Assembly: GCA_951406725.2 (NCBI GenBank)
Contig: OX597838.1
Coordinates: 42,284,001-42,348,000, forward strand
Reading direction: 5' to 3'
Source of the DNA: Octopus vulgaris
Taxonomy: Eukaryota
DNA length: 64,000 bases
A program made the position numbers and the translations under genes. Below are positions 1 to 43,638 of the stretch, piece by piece. Within the stretch, counting starts at the first letter, position 1. The number at the start of each line of letters is the position of its first letter. The notes below the pieces were generated by a model. That model had not been told where the DNA came from. It did no database searches and saw only the letters and a program-made list of their open reading frames with translations.

Positions 1-486
1 GTACCACTGGTGTCGTTGCATATAATGTTATTAGATAGCAAGGACAGGAAGAGTTTTATTGTCGCCACGTAGACACATGGTTTCCCTACATTATATAAGG
101 AGGGGTAGGAGCAACAGAAGTTGTTGTAATTGGAAAGATAAATAAAAATGGTGGTGACAAAGTATTAAAGGAAACCTTCAACAGACAAGGAGATGACTAG
201 AAGAGAATTTAGAGACAGAAGTTGTTGATCGTTGTGTTTGACCCTTTAGCATTCAGATTGCTTCATCAAATGTAATGCTTATTTATTCACATTGTTTTCA
301 ACTAAAACCCTGCATCATCTTATAGCTTTGAGATTTTGATGATGTGATCAGTAGTAATTAGAATCACATTGTAAGGTAGGTGAGAGAACTTGGATCTGGC
401 CAGTTTGGACATAAAACACGTAGAATATTTTGGCTGGATATGGCCAGTTTAAATGTTAAAAGGTCAACACAAAGAGTAGGGTCTAC

Positions 487-650
487 ATCATTATCATCAT
501 CATCATGGTCGTTTAACATCCGTTTTCCATGCTGGCATGGGTTAGATGGTTCAACTGGGGTCTGGGAAGCCAGGAGCCTGCACCAGGCTCCAATCTGATC
601 TGGCAGTGTTTCTACAGCTGGATGCCCTTCCTAATGCCAACCACTCTGAG
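487..650 (-). mobile_element. RTE LINE 3' end fragment
   Basis: Same sequence as the 3' end of the RT-bearing copy at 45652-46906, with (GAT)n tail. Confidence 0.75.
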
Positions 651-1365
651 GGTCTACCTATGTTGCAATTATTATCCTATCAATAAGATCAACCAAGTAA
701 GCAATGTTCAGAGCCATCCTAAGTAGACCAGAGTCTCAACCAGAAAATATTATTAAAGCTGAGGAATGACAAGATTCTATAAAATTAGTGGCACGACTGA
801 GATCTTTATTCTCTGCATTCTTCCTGAGGACACCAAAGATTTCACCAAAGATAACAATACCAAGTTTTTTTTATAGACTTTAACAATTTTGTTACCATAT
901 TTCTCTTGAAATATGCTGCCACAATTTCAATTAATCATGAAAATAATGAAGAATTAAGTAAAATCATTTTGTCATTATTAATCTGTTTCTTGGAACATAA
1001 ATTAACCTGAAATTTTGATGAGAGGTTTTAATTAAGATCATTTTAACTCTTTTGTGATCACATTTTTATTGGAATACAGTAATCCTGTTTCAATTAATTT
1101 AGAAGATAACGAAGAACTTAGTCAATCAATTTTGTCTTCATTAATCTGGTGTTTGCGACATAAATTAACTTGGAATTTTGATGGGAGGTTTTAATTTAGA
1201 CGACTTAAAAACAAGAAGTTTGTCTCAGAGAACCAGGAGCATTCTAAGGGTGTTTGGCATCAAAAGGGTTATGGTGGCATTTGGTGGAGTCTGGCATGAT
1301 GGCTTTATCAGCCATAATGAAGAAATTCACCATGGGACAGAAGTGGACACATGCAGACTGGCATC

Positions 1366-1404
<39 letters not shown>

Positions 1405-1559
1405 TGTGTGTGTGAAAGCGATGATCTTGTGATCCTCATTATTTGAATAAATAATGAAATAATGAAATTTAAAATGGCCTCATTGAGCTCAGTTAAAATT
1501 AAATTCTCAACAAAAGAATAGATTGAATGAATAAAAATGAAACAATGTTGTACAAATAT

Positions 1560-1615
<56 letters not shown>

Positions 1616-1693
1616 ATACATACATATATACAGATATATATATATGTATATATGTATATATATATACACACATACATACATACATATATACAG

Positions 1694-1726
<33 letters not shown>

Positions 1727-1808
1727 CAAATACATATATATATGCATGTGTGTGCATGTGTATCTAACTATCTATCTGTCTGTCTGTCTATCCATACCTG
1801 TCTATTTA

Positions 1809-1855
<47 letters not shown>

Positions 1856-2429
1856 TATCTATCTGTCTGTCTGTCTGTATGTATGTATGTATGAATGTAT
1901 TATTAAAACTGCTCATTATAGAAATCTATTTAACTGTCTGTGAATCACATAAAAGGTTTCCAAAACAAATTCACTTTTGTATTCAAAACAAAAAAGGTGA
2001 GTCAGTTGTTGAATAAGCAAAGGTAACTTGATATGAAATTTAATTACATTTGTTGGTCGTTACTAAATCAGACGCATGTGCATGCGTGCCTGCGCATACA
2101 CACACACACACACACACACCACACATGCACACACACACACACACATTTCTGCAAGTAATTGATACATTCATGGAATATTTTTATTTCTTTTATTTCTTTA
2201 TTGCCCACGGTGGGGGGGGAGGGACTAAACACAGAGGGGAGAAACAAGGACAGACAAAGGGACCAAGCCGATTACATCGACCCCAGTGTGTAACTGGTAC
2301 TTATTTAATCGACCCTGAATGGGATAAAAGGTGGAATATTACAAATTACACATGCACACTCATACACTTGCACTTGTGTGTGTGTGTTTGTGAGTGTGTG
2401 AGTGTGTGTATGAGTGTGTGTGTGTGTGA

Positions 2430-2464
<35 letters not shown>

Positions 2465-3156
2465 TGTGTGTGAGTGTGTGTAACGAGTGTTTTTGTTTTT
2501 GTTTATATGTGTGTGTCTGTGACACACCTGCCATCAAATGTTGGGTCGGGTTTCACAGAGAGAGAGATATCATCCTGAACAACAGATTTTAGAGATAACA
2601 CACACATTGATAGTGGGCGCCACAACTGGAAGGGAGCAGTCACAGTTTTGACCGGGATTTTCTTATTTTTGTACATCAGCACAAAGGTTATCAGATGTTC
2701 CGACATAAAAAAGAAATTGACCCCAGGACTTATTATTTAAAGCCTTGTACTTATTATATCAATCTCTTTTGCTAAGTTACAGGGACATAAACACACTAAC
2801 ACTGGTTGTCATGTTGTGGTGGAAGACAAACACAGACACACATAGATACATACATACATACATACATACATACATACATACATACATACATACATACATA
2901 CATACATACACACATACATACACACATATATACACACAGACATACCTAGATATAGACATACAATTGATTTGTTTGACTGAAACCCTTCTGAGCAGTGCCC
3001 CAGCATGGCTGCAGTCCAATGATTGAAACAAGTAAGAGCTAAAAGCTTCATAGATATGATGATAGATATACAGGGCAGCCAAAAAGTAGGTCTACAGTTA
3101 TCACGAAGGCATTTAGAATTTCTTTTAAAACATTTTATTGCATTTATATTTCTATC

Positions 3157-3483
3157 TTCATCATCATCATCATCATCATCATTTAGCGTCCGCTTTCCAT
3201 GCTAGCATGGGTTGGACAGTTCAACTGGGGTCTGGGAAGCCAGAAGGCTGCATCAGGCCCAGTCTGATCTGGCAGTGTTTCTATGGCTGGATGCCCTTCC
3301 TAACGCCAACCACTCCATGAGTGTAGTGGGTGCTTTTTACGTGCCACCCACACAGGTGCCAGACAGAGCTGGCAAACGGCCACGGACGGATGGTGCTTTT
3401 ACGTGCCACCGGCACGGGGGCCAGGCGAGGCTGGCAACGGCCATGAACGGATGGTGCTACGTGCCACCGGCACAGGGGCCAGG
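3157..3483 (-). mobile_element. RTE LINE 3' end fragment
   Basis: Near-identical to about 45652-45970; internal acgtgccaccggcac repeats. Confidence 0.8.
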
Positions 3484-3715
3484 TGAGAACTTGACAAAAT
3501 TAGCTAAATTAGGAAAGAATAATGGTTTGATATTTTTTTATAATTAAGATCTAAACTGTTAATATATGAGTGAGAAAGAGATAATTGAATGACTGTAAAC
3601 CTGCTTTTGGGCCCAGCCTTTATAAGCAAAGTTAGCATTATGAAGATGCATGAGGAAGTAAAGAACAAAAGACGAACGCGAGAAACTGATTAACGAGAAG
3701 CCTGTGACATGTTAG

Positions 3716-3752
<37 letters not shown>

Positions 3753-3830
3753 GAGAGAGAGAGAGAGAGTTTGAGAGAGAGAGAGAGAGAGTTTGAGAGA
3801 GAGAGAGTTTGAGAGAGAGAGAGAGAGAGT

Positions 3831-3861
<31 letters not shown>

Positions 3862-4101
3862 TTTGAGAGTTTGTAAATATTAGACATAGTTTTGTTTGAA
3901 ATAAAAAGCTATTTCAAAATCTAATAAAAGCCAATCCAACAATGAACATCTGTTTTTAGTGGGTGGGGGGGGGATGAGACTGGAGAAATTTGTTAATTTA
4001 TAAATGTAATATTATTGTGATAGAATATTGTGTTAATTAAAGATGGACTCTTCCACATTGTTTGAGATATCATTGATTGGCTTCCGTTAATTGGCTATCA
4101 C

Positions 4102-4134
<33 letters not shown>

Positions 4135-5498
4135 TTCTTAATGTCCACTTTTCCATTGCTCGGATGGGTTGGGCAGAATTTATTGAAGCATATTTTCTAT
4201 GGTGGGATGCCCTTCCTGTCACCAACCCTTACCAATTTCCAAGCAAAGGTAACACTTCCACCATGGTTAGATACGTTCTCACAATATATTGGAAATGACT
4301 GACCCTGCTTGTGTGACAGTGGCACTCATTTACAACTATCTCACTATATTGAAATGGATAACACTCACACACACACACAATTTGTTTTGGGGTTTGAAAA
4401 TGATCCTGGATCTCCAAATATGTGGTCATTTGTAGATTTTGTAATAGATTTATTCAAATCCCAAACCAGTTTCAACAATTTTTTTTTTGTTATCAGTGGT
4501 AAAAAATAAATAAATAAGGGATTTTGGAGGGTTTAAATGATGAAATATTCAAATGTTCATAAAAATTTCAATGAGTTTCATAGGGAAAGACACGTGTACA
4601 TGTATGGGTTTAGATAATGTTTATATTTGCGGTTTCCCTCCTCAAGACATACATATTGGAGAAAATAGAGCTGGTCATTGAACCCTAAATATTTGTGGCC
4701 CATTGTCCTACTTGACCTCAAATGCGAAACTCTCTATTCTAAACATTGTACCGTTGATCACATCAACACCACCAATGACAGCCATCATTGTTATTGGCAT
4801 CATCATCATCATCCTCGATACCAGCACCATCACTACCACCATCACTACCACCATCACTACCACCATCACTACCATCAACCTGATCATCATCTTCCCTGTT
4901 TTATTCTGATATTTCAACAAGTGGTTCACAAACCCAGCCTTGATATATATTCAGACCAATGTCTGACAGGAACCATAATAAAACAGATCACCAGTGTTGT
5001 GTTCCTCTCTGGTTGTTGTTGTTGTTATAGCTGCCATCAGAGGCTAACAGCTGCGGAATTACCATTCAGCTGCTGCCTTTTTTTTCTTCTCCTTCTTCTT
5101 CTTCTTTGAGCAACACAAAGAATTGGCTTAGAAGTTTATTGATTCACTGGGCCATCTACACCTGGCATCGGGCTTCTTTTAATAATTCCACCATACAATT
5201 CCCTTTTGAATGACTATTGCATATGTATGTGTATGCATTATACGTGTGTGTGTGTGTGTGTGTGTGCATGTTTGCATGTGTACGTACATATATATATATA
5301 TATACATGTATGTATGTATGTATGTATGTATGTATGTATGTATGTATGTATGTATGTATGTATGTACGTATGTATGTATGTGTGTATATGTATATGTATG
5401 TATATATATATATGTGTGTGTGTGTGTATGTGTATATGTAGGTATGTTTGTATGTATATATAAGTGGGGGTATGTGTGTATATCTATCTATCTATCTA

Positions 5499-5535
<37 letters not shown>

Positions 5536-6450
5536 GCATACATATCAGTGTATATGTAGCTATGTTTGTGTGGGGGTATGTGTATATATATATCTATATC
5601 TATATTTATATTTACATCTATATCTATACACACACACACAAACGTGCACATACACATATACACACACACACATACTTATTTATGCTTAAATCTACATATT
5701 TGTGTACATTTGTGTATCTAAAAGAACAGATTTTCTTTCAAACCTAATTTAGAATTAGAAACTCTATTGTGTTTCACTGTAATCTTTTCTCTCTCATCAA
5801 TAATTTTCCACATTTCCTTGTTATTCATTTACATTCCTAACTCAATGTTTTTAGATCTGCCTTTCACAGTCTCATCTTCAGAATGGAGTGGTGGTAGTGG
5901 TGTTATTATTTCTACACTTTTCTAATAGGCAGCAAGAGATCATGGAAATGATGCCATCACTGACAGGAATTATCATCTGCCAAACATTAAAGGTATTCCA
6001 CTGATAATTCCAGGTCACTTCCAGGCTTTATTCCTTAAGTATCATATTTCTGTGTCCATTATTGGTTTTAATCTTGCTTACTTATAGCTAATGTTTTAAG
6101 GGGATTTTTGTGAAATTCTATAAAGGATAGTAGCAGACTAACTTTTAAGGACCACACAAGAGCAAATTCATTCTCCCTGCCTTGCTCCTCACAAATTTAA
6201 GAAACACAGCATCCAGTATGAACTCACAAACCACACATAAATTTATACATATTAGGGAATCAAATGCACCCTTTTTAGAATGGATCACTTGTCATTATCA
6301 TCACCACCACCACCACCACCACCACCACAGCAGCAGCACCACCAGCACCACCACCATCGTTGTCGTCATCGTCATTATCCTCCTCCTCCTCATCATCATC
6401 ATCATCAATTCCTTATTGTCATCGTAATCGTTGTCATCATTAACCCCACA

Positions 6451-6494
<44 letters not shown>

Positions 6495-6529
6495 GCCTGT
6501 CTGTCTGTCTGTCTGTCTGTCTGCCTGCC

Positions 6530-6562
<33 letters not shown>

Positions 6563-8262
6563 GCCTGTCTTTCTATCTATGCATGACTAACATCCAACAA
6601 CTGCTAACCATGGAAATGATGGCCCTGAAACACTCAGAACAAACAATCTACCTATAACAATGGACCTATGGAACCTGCACACTGACAGCATGATGAATCC
6701 AGAACCAGTTCTAACTGGAATGACCGGACAACCACTACGCAACCCTCGGTCACCAACGACGGCCACAAATAGGTGTCCTGCAGGCATGAATCTAATTGCA
6801 CATTGGATAATCTTTGCATGATTTGTAATGCCCTGTGCACATGTGGTGAGGCCCTTATGCGTTCGTTGGTGCCACAGCAGATTCTGTCAAGAATTGATAT
6901 AGAAATCATGTTTCTATTTTGAAAGAACTGAACAAGAGACACATCAATGGTGAATTTTCTCTGGCAACTGAAAAGCAACAAGATTAAATATGAGATTTCA
7001 TGGTCAATTATTAAACATGCAAAACGCTACAACACCCATTCTGGGACCAGTGGATTGTGCTCTGGAGAACTCCTATCAATTTTACTTCCTAGGGAAAAGG
7101 TCATTAATTAATCAACTGAATGGATTACACGTTGTTTACATGCCATGTAAGCCACCTTCAAATACTGCCACCCTGTAAACGCAGCACCGAACGGCCATAA
7201 CCCACATTGAACAGTGAACACCATGTTACCATTCAATAAATTGCTCTGTGCCCATGGACAGGTGTGTGGGCTTTTGCCCAGGTGTTGTTTATTGTTCTGT
7301 GCTTGGATGTGTGTCTGAGTAGTCCGAGTGTGAGTATGTGCAATCTGTGTGTGTGTATGCATGTGTAGAGTCGACGTGTTTCTATATGCCTGTGTGTGTG
7401 CGTATGTATGTGCTGAGTGGAGATCTCTGGCATGTGATGAAGTGTGCGTGCGTATATCTGTGTATGAACGTGTGTCTGTATAATTGTGTGAGTGTATAAG
7501 TGTGCTTGCCTGCAGACATGTGAGACTGTGGGTGTCATTGTACATTTGGATTTGTATGTGTCCTGTGCTCTGTGTGTGTGTGTGGGTGGGGTGAGCATTG
7601 CATGAGGGGGGTGAGTGTACGTGTGGTAGTGTTGATGTGATCTCTGTATGTGTCTGGGTGGGTGGGTGAATCTTCGTCCCCTTGAGGGATGTATCCATGT
7701 GTGTAGGTGTGTTTCTGTATGTGTGTACGGCTGTATGTGTGTGTGACTGACTGACACACATACATGTGGTGTGTGCTGGCGTGTGCCCACACGTATAATC
7801 ATCTGTATGTCTTTGCATTGATTTAAACGTATGAATGTGTGTGTCTGTCTGTCTGTCTAGCAGTTAAAACCTCTCAATACAGTGAAACTCAAAAAGTAAA
7901 TCTAGCAGCTTAAAACCTTATTATCTCACCTGAAGAGTCTTCTATGCACCGTGCATCACATCTGGTATTATGGCATCGGTCCACGCCCACAAGGGAGCAG
8001 TGCACCCTGAAGATGAAACAATTGTTGTGGTAATATAAAACTTTTTTGTTGGTACATTCCATCTTCTCTTTTTATCTTTAATATACACCCAACTTCCATC
8101 CTGGAATTCCCGGAATTGTTTCAACGTTATTTGCTAAGTATTGCTGACGATGCCTGGTAGCCATAAGTGGTGAATGTGATCTGCTGACACACGACCTGGG
8201 ACTCATTCTGAAACAAGGTTTTCATAATGTGTTTAACATGTATTTTCTTAACCTTACATATA

Positions 8263-8323
<61 letters not shown>

Positions 8324-8329
8324 GAATGC

Positions 8330-8367
<38 letters not shown>

Positions 8368-8455
8368 ATATGTATATATGTATATATGTACATACATACA
8401 TACATACATATATATATACATGTGTGTATATGCATGTATATAAGACCACACACAG

Positions 8456-8488
<33 letters not shown>

Positions 8489-8568
8489 AGGGGTACTGAA
8501 AAGTTCCTGGCTTTGAGGGTATTGCAATTAATAAATCCAAAATTTCACTGGTTTAATTTCCATCACAG

Positions 8569-8621
8569 AAGAAAACCTCCACAATATGTTAGGGATTATT
8601 ATAATAAGTATTATTAATATG
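8569..8621 (+). CDS. Candidate upstream exon of the exchanger gene ((E)ENLHNMLGIIIISIINM; possible start ATG at 8586)
   Basis: cacag acceptor and strong ATG|GTAAGA donor; phase-0 exit matches the exon at 10352; short hydrophobic stretch. No homology support. Confidence 0.35.
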
Positions 8622-8915
8622 GTAAGAGAATGGAGAGTTGAGAATGTTTGGTTAATTTATTTGTATCATAGTTTGAAGTTGAAATTTAAATACAGATAAA
8701 TTTTGAAAAAATACAAAAGAAATTCAAAAACCTACAAATGTTTCGATTCTGGCCCCTTAGCAATGCATAATTCGAAGCATTTTGGTGAAATCCAGTGTTA
8801 AGAATTGTTTATCATTTTAAACTGTTTGGGGCAGAATCTCTTCGGAGTTTTATTTTCTTTGTTTTTATAAAACAAAGATTTGATATTTCTTGAAAGGATT
8901 CAAATCAAAAAATAT

Positions 8916-9016
8916 ATGTATGTATCCATGTATGTATGTATGTATGTATGTATGTATGTATGTATGTATGTATGTATGTATGTATGTATGTATGTATGTA
9001 TGTATGTATGTATGTA

Positions 9017-9049
<33 letters not shown>

Positions 9050-9669
9050 GTGTGTGTATGTATGTATGTATGTATGCATTGTATGTATGTATGTATGTGT
9101 GTGTATGTATATATGTATGTATGTATGTGTGTATGTATGTGTGTGTGTATGTACGTATGTATGTATGTGTGTGTATGTATGTATGTATGTATGTATGTGT
9201 GTGTATGTATATATGTATGTATGTGTGTATGTATGTGTGTGTGTATGTATGTATGTGTGTGTGTATGTATGCATGTATGTATGTGTGTGTATGTATGTAT
9301 GTATGTATGTATGTATGTATGTATGTGTGTGTGTATGTATGTATGTATGTATGTCTGCCTGTATGTATGTATGTATGTATGTATGTATGTATGTGTGTGT
9401 ATGTATGTATGTATGTATGTATGTATGTCTGTCTGTATGTATATATGTCTGTATGTCTGTATGTATGTGTGTGTGTATGTATGTATGTATGTGTGTGTGT
9501 ATGTATGTATGTCTGTATGTCTGTCTGTATGTATGTATGTATGTATGTATGTATGTCTGTATGTCTGTCTGTATGTATGTATGTATGTGTGTGTGTATGT
9601 CTGTATGTATGTATGTATGTGTGTATGTATGTATGTATGTCTGTATGTATGTATATATGTATGTATGTA

Positions 9670-9700
<31 letters not shown>

Positions 9701-9951
9701 ATGTGTGTGTGTGTATGTATGTATGTCTGTATGTATGTATGTATGTATGTATGTATGTATGTATGTATGTATGTATGTATGTGTGTGTATGTATGTATGT
9801 CTGTATGTATGTATGTATGTATGTATGTATGTATGTATGTGTGTGTATGTATGTATGTCTGTATGTATGTATGTATGTATGTGTGTGTGTGTATGTATGT
9901 ATGTCTGTATGTATGTATGTATGTGTGTGTGTGTGTATGTGTGTGTGTGTT

Positions 9952-10026
<75 letters not shown>
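8916..10026. repeat. About 1.1 kb compound (TATG)n/(TG)n microsatellite
   Basis: Direct reading; source of several artefactual long ORFs. Confidence 0.97.
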
Positions 10027-10028
<2 letters not shown>

Positions 10029-10351
10029 CTATCAATAATTATTTCAGCTTAGTTATATAACTGATATTCTATCCACCAAAATTATCAAGTGAACGGCACA
10101 AAATCACAGACGAGATACTGACATACCCAATGCGCCTTTCTGGTGTTGAGCAATTGGTTATAAATATATATTTACACCACACATACAACAACAACAACAA
10201 TAGCAGCAGCAGCAGCAGCAACTGTTGAATTGCTCCCAAATTGGCTCCTTGTTTTTAAAATCCATCAAGGCATCATATTTTGCTTAAGATCAAACCTGGA
10301 CCCTTTGTTAAACCTGGACCCTTTGTTCATCAGCCTCTTCTTCTTTTGCAG

Positions 10352-38588
<28,237 letters not shown>

Positions 38589-39896
38589 TACTTTGTCCTG
38601 TTTTCCCTGATTGCATGTGTGTGTGTGTGTGTGTGTTTGTGTGTGTTTGTGTGTGTGTGTGTGTGGAGGGGAGCTATTCTGCCTGCCAATAATGGCAGGA
38701 ATTGAAAGGAATCAACGAATTTAAAAATTATAATCTTGGGGATGTAAAACCATGACAATGTTTTGGTTCTGATTTGGAACTATTTCACTTCCCTGACAAC
38801 ATCAGTGCCTTTGGGAAATGGATGGAAATCACAGATCTCCACTTCCCACAAAATGTTTGATCCCTTGTGCCAATGTAACAAAACTGTGCCTACCAAATAT
38901 GACCGACTCCAGGGATGACACAAACGTGCCTCTTCTTTTCATTACGACCCAACATTCAAAAAAACCAACTGACTGCCAGACTCTGTCTTCTCCAGTGAAA
39001 TGAATAATAAACGATCCTAATTTATCAATTCTAAAATAAATGAAGGTTATGGGGGCAACAGGGAAAGGCGATGTATGAACTGTGTGATACAAACCTCGGA
39101 TACTGTAAGGAATCCTTAAATATGCCTAACAGCATTGGGAAAGAAGTAAAATTTCAAGAAAGGAATTGCAAGGTTTTCGTTTCCAAGCGGAACCTACTTT
39201 TTATAGTTTAATAATTTCTCTTATGCATGAAAATATGAACATTATGTAAAATAAACACTACACACACACACGCGCACATCCTGTGTGCCCCATGATGACT
39301 ATAATCCCCAGTCCCCCAACTTTGAGCCCCTGCCAATACCTGGGAGTCTGGCAAAGAGTTTGACCAGAACATACAGTAACACACCCACCCTAACATGGCC
39401 GATACATACCCAACAGACTTTTTCCCACTACGTTCAATAAAAGCTCCCACACATATTCTGCCCCTGCACACACAAAGGGCCCCACGGATTTAACGAAATG
39501 CATAAAAGAAAGAAAACACACAAACGAACATAGATGTGTATGCTTTCCCCCCCCCAGCCCACTGCAAAGGCTATAAACAAAAAAAAAAAGCAAAAGAAAA
39601 GAAAAGCACACCACCATGAGGGTAAGTGTAAGGAGGGGTGGGAGAAAGGGTCCCTCTGTTTATGGAAACGAAGTGGGATACATTATAGAATAAAAATAAT
39701 AAACAGGTAAATAAATAAATCAGTTGTGGAGAAAAATGGTTGAAGTTGAAAAACGAAAAAAAAAATTCGGATTTGGATCGGAGATGGACAAAGGGAAATA
39801 ACTGCGATGGTGATTCAGAGAAGTCTAAGAAGGAGGCATCTTTTGTTTTACACACGCTCGCGCGCGCATACACGGATACACACAGGACACACACAA

Positions 39897-39929
<33 letters not shown>

Positions 39930-40429
39930 CATACATGCATACATACATACATACATACATACATACATACATACATACATACATACGGAGTGTGTGTGTG
40001 TACGTGTACATATATATATATATATATATATAAGAAATAATTGAGATTCATTTGAATTAGGTACTTAAGTTGAAGCACCAAGTCAGTTTGGTATTATCTG
40101 CAGAGCTTGAAGTAAAGGGAATAAAATCGAAATAAGCAACAGGATATCTCAAGCAGTGATCCAGTATGGCCATTTCAAGTGGCTCCTTTTAATTGAACAA
40201 TGCAATCCTTACATCAATTTAAATGCACAAATAAATAGATGGAGTTTTAACCAGTCGGACACATGAATATATTCCTGTGTCCAACTGGTTAAAACTCTAC
40301 CTATTTATTTGTGCAGCTGAAGATGGCATTGCATTGATGTAAGGATTGCATTGATCAATTAAATGGAGCCACTTGAAACAGTTGGTCTGCATCACTGCTT
40401 GAGATATCCTGTTGCTTATTTTCATTATA

Positions 40430-40461
<32 letters not shown>

Positions 40462-41162
40462 GAATATATATGCACACACACACACACACACACACAAACA
40501 TATAAGAGGTGTGTTCAAAAAGTATCCAGCTTTATCTTTCTGCTGACACTCTCCGCATGCACAAATCCTCCCTTCAAATGGAAAGCACTGTTCCTGTGCA
40601 TATTCCCACTTTGTAAGCAATTTCCTGGATTGTTACACGACAGTCTTCCATGACTGTTCATCGAAGCTTCTCAATTGCCTCCTCATTTCAGCTTGTCGAT
40701 GGCTTTCCTAAGCATGCCTCACTCTTCATTGAGAAGCAGCCAAGTTTGAAGTGGTTGTACCACTCCTTGATCAGAGTTTTGCCCATGGTGTCATCACCCA
40801 AGGCCTGCTGAATTTTCTGGATAGTTTCAGCTTGAGTATCACGAAACTTTTGGCAAAACTGATGCAATATCTCTGCTCAATGTGTTTGGTCATCTTGTGT
40901 GAAAACAAAAATCCAAGGAGCACACATTGCACATCTTTACTTTAGGCATAACAGCTGCGAGGTGAAGCAGCCTGCAGGGGCAAAACTTTGCATTTAGGAG
41001 GCACAAGCACTTACACACACACATAAACACACGATGGTAACTTCTGCCCACCAAATTTAATCACAAGGCTTTGGTCAGCCCAAGGCTATAGCAAAAGACA
41101 CTTGCCTAAAGTGCCACTTATATGCATGCATGCATGCATACATACATACATACATACATACA

Positions 41163-41194
<32 letters not shown>

Positions 41195-42328
41195 CACTCA
41201 CAGACGCATGCACTTGCCCACACAATGTGTACTCTTCTCGCTGAATAAATCAATAAAAAGCCAATTGAATGAAATCTTAATCTCGGAACATGTACGACTG
41301 TTGAACATGTGACAAACATAAGTGTGTAAATACATGTAACACAAGGGTGTGATACAAGGATGTAACACAAGGGTGTAGCACAAAGAGAACAATGAGTAAC
41401 TTTGTTTTTGTGTCACAAAATATACAAAACAACACGTGTGTATATATTTATTTCTATTGTACATCTTTCAATTTTGAGGAATAAACTTTTTCTATTTTTT
41501 ATCTGCTTTTGTTTAAATTTAATGCCAAATAACTTAAAAACTACAAATGTGTGTGTGTGTGGATGAACAGTGAGGACGGGTACTCAATCGCATCGTTTTA
41601 TTTCTGCATGGCCTCAGGTTTCTTGCATTGGATGTAATTTCTAAAATGCTCCTCACTAAAAACGATAGTAAAAGAAACTTCATTTTTAATGTGAAACACT
41701 TGAAAATCGAGACATAGAATGCAAGAAACTCAAGCTTATCCACAAAATCTGCAAACAAAGAATACGTTTGTTTGACTAAAACTTCTTTGAGGCATGGACA
41801 CGGTCAAATGACTGGAACAAGGAAAAGATAAAAGATACATTAGGTGTGTGTGTACGTGTGCATATGTGTGTGCACGTGTCTATGCGTGTGCGTATTTGGT
41901 TCACTGGAATGGCTGCATGGTTCAGAAATTTGTTTCCTAACCATGTGGTTTCACATTCCATGTCATTCATTTCCAACATTCTGTGAAAACATGTCTGGTC
42001 ACAAGGAGATGCTACTTTGCTTGGAAACAGATTGAGGCCTTGGTAACAGGAAGCGCATCCAACCAGAGAAAATTTGCCTCTATGAACTCTGTTTGATGCA
42101 GACAAGCATCAAAATGTAGACTTTAAAACAACCCTTTATTTTTGAATGGGAATCTTCTGAAGGGAGGATTTAGCTTGTTGAGAGAAACACTTTAAAGCAA
42201 TCATTGCTCACATGTGATAGACATCTCTGCTTTTCTTTTGCAAACTCAACTAATTAAATGACTCAGTAGATTAGAAAATTACTATATTAAAATCTCACAA
42301 TGTGAGATATCCAGCAACAGTACTTTGT

Positions 42329-42570
42329 AGTAAAGATTGTTTGCCAACATAACATGGCAGTCCTGGTTTAGGACGAATGTTACTGTAATTTAGCCCCAGG
42401 AGACATTGTCTCCAGCTGGCTATATGACAAGATCTGTGTCCTTGTTCGAAAATGTAAGGACATAAATTGTGTCGCATAGCCAGCTGGAGACGATGTCTAC
42501 TGGGGCTAAATTACAGAAATATTCGTCCTAAACCAGGACTGCCATGTTATGTTGGCAAACAATCTTGACT
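42329..42570. repeat. About 240-bp imperfect foldback palindrome
   Basis: aagattgtttgccaacataacatggcagtcctggtttaggacgaat... is mirrored around a short loop near 42445-42455. Confidence 0.9.
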
Positions 42571-42956
42571 CAATAGATGTTCCAGATTCCAATTTTTAAT
42601 TTTGAGAGGCCTTGAAGTGGAAACAAGATGCTGCTTGATGCTGGTCTGCAAGGGTTTATTAGATTGAGAAAAGTTGTGAAAAGGTGGAATGCTTTTCAGA
42701 TTCAGATTTTATACAACACAACATAATGTTGGCTTGTGTGGGACATGCAGAAATACTAACAAAAGGCACGATTTATACAGATACATACTCACACATACAT
42801 GTGCACACACACATATATATATATACATACATACATACATACATATACATACATACATATATATATACATACATACATACATATATATATATATACATAC
42901 ATATATATATATACATATACACATACACATACATATATATATATATATATACACAT

Positions 42957-43017
<61 letters not shown>

Positions 43018-43313
43018 TGTGTACGTATATATATATATATGTGTGTGTGTATACATATAAATATATATTTATATATACATATATACACATACATACACAC
43101 ACACTCATATTTTTTTTATCAAACCTGCAAAAACATCGCTAAATCTGTTACTCAGAGTCTCACGCTCCCATTTGTCAGTCAGTTGTGAACGGTCTTCATC
43201 ACAACTGTTCCTGCAGTTTTAATAAAACAGCAGAGTGCTCCACCTTTGGTGTTTGAGTACTATTTTATCCACCTTGCTTTGCATTTATGTGCTTACTCGT
43301 ATGCACGCACGTC

Positions 43314-43385
<72 letters not shown>

Positions 43386-43598
43386 AATTAAGGCTACCAT
43401 TTGTTTCATGTTAAGAAAAGTAGGAAACTCGTGTTTTCCAAAATGGAGGCAAACATCTTTCTCCATGTAATCAACTTGAAAAATTGTTAAGACCCTGGCA
43501 TAGTTTCCTACTCTTTTTAACATGAAACCAGGGGTAACCTTAATTCACAAATAAGGAAATTATATCCACCAATGTGGTGTTGAGCACTCGTTGTCGAT

Positions 43599-43638
<40 letters not shown>

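Noticed and set aside
8880-10060. Long ORFs of about 380 aa on both strands
   Set aside because: Translations of a (TATG)n/(TG)n microsatellite; no coding signal
39320-39362. Small hairpins (also 61863-61930) as possible pre-miRNAs
   Set aside because: Stems are short or irregular and I recognise no known mature miRNA; small-RNA data would be needed
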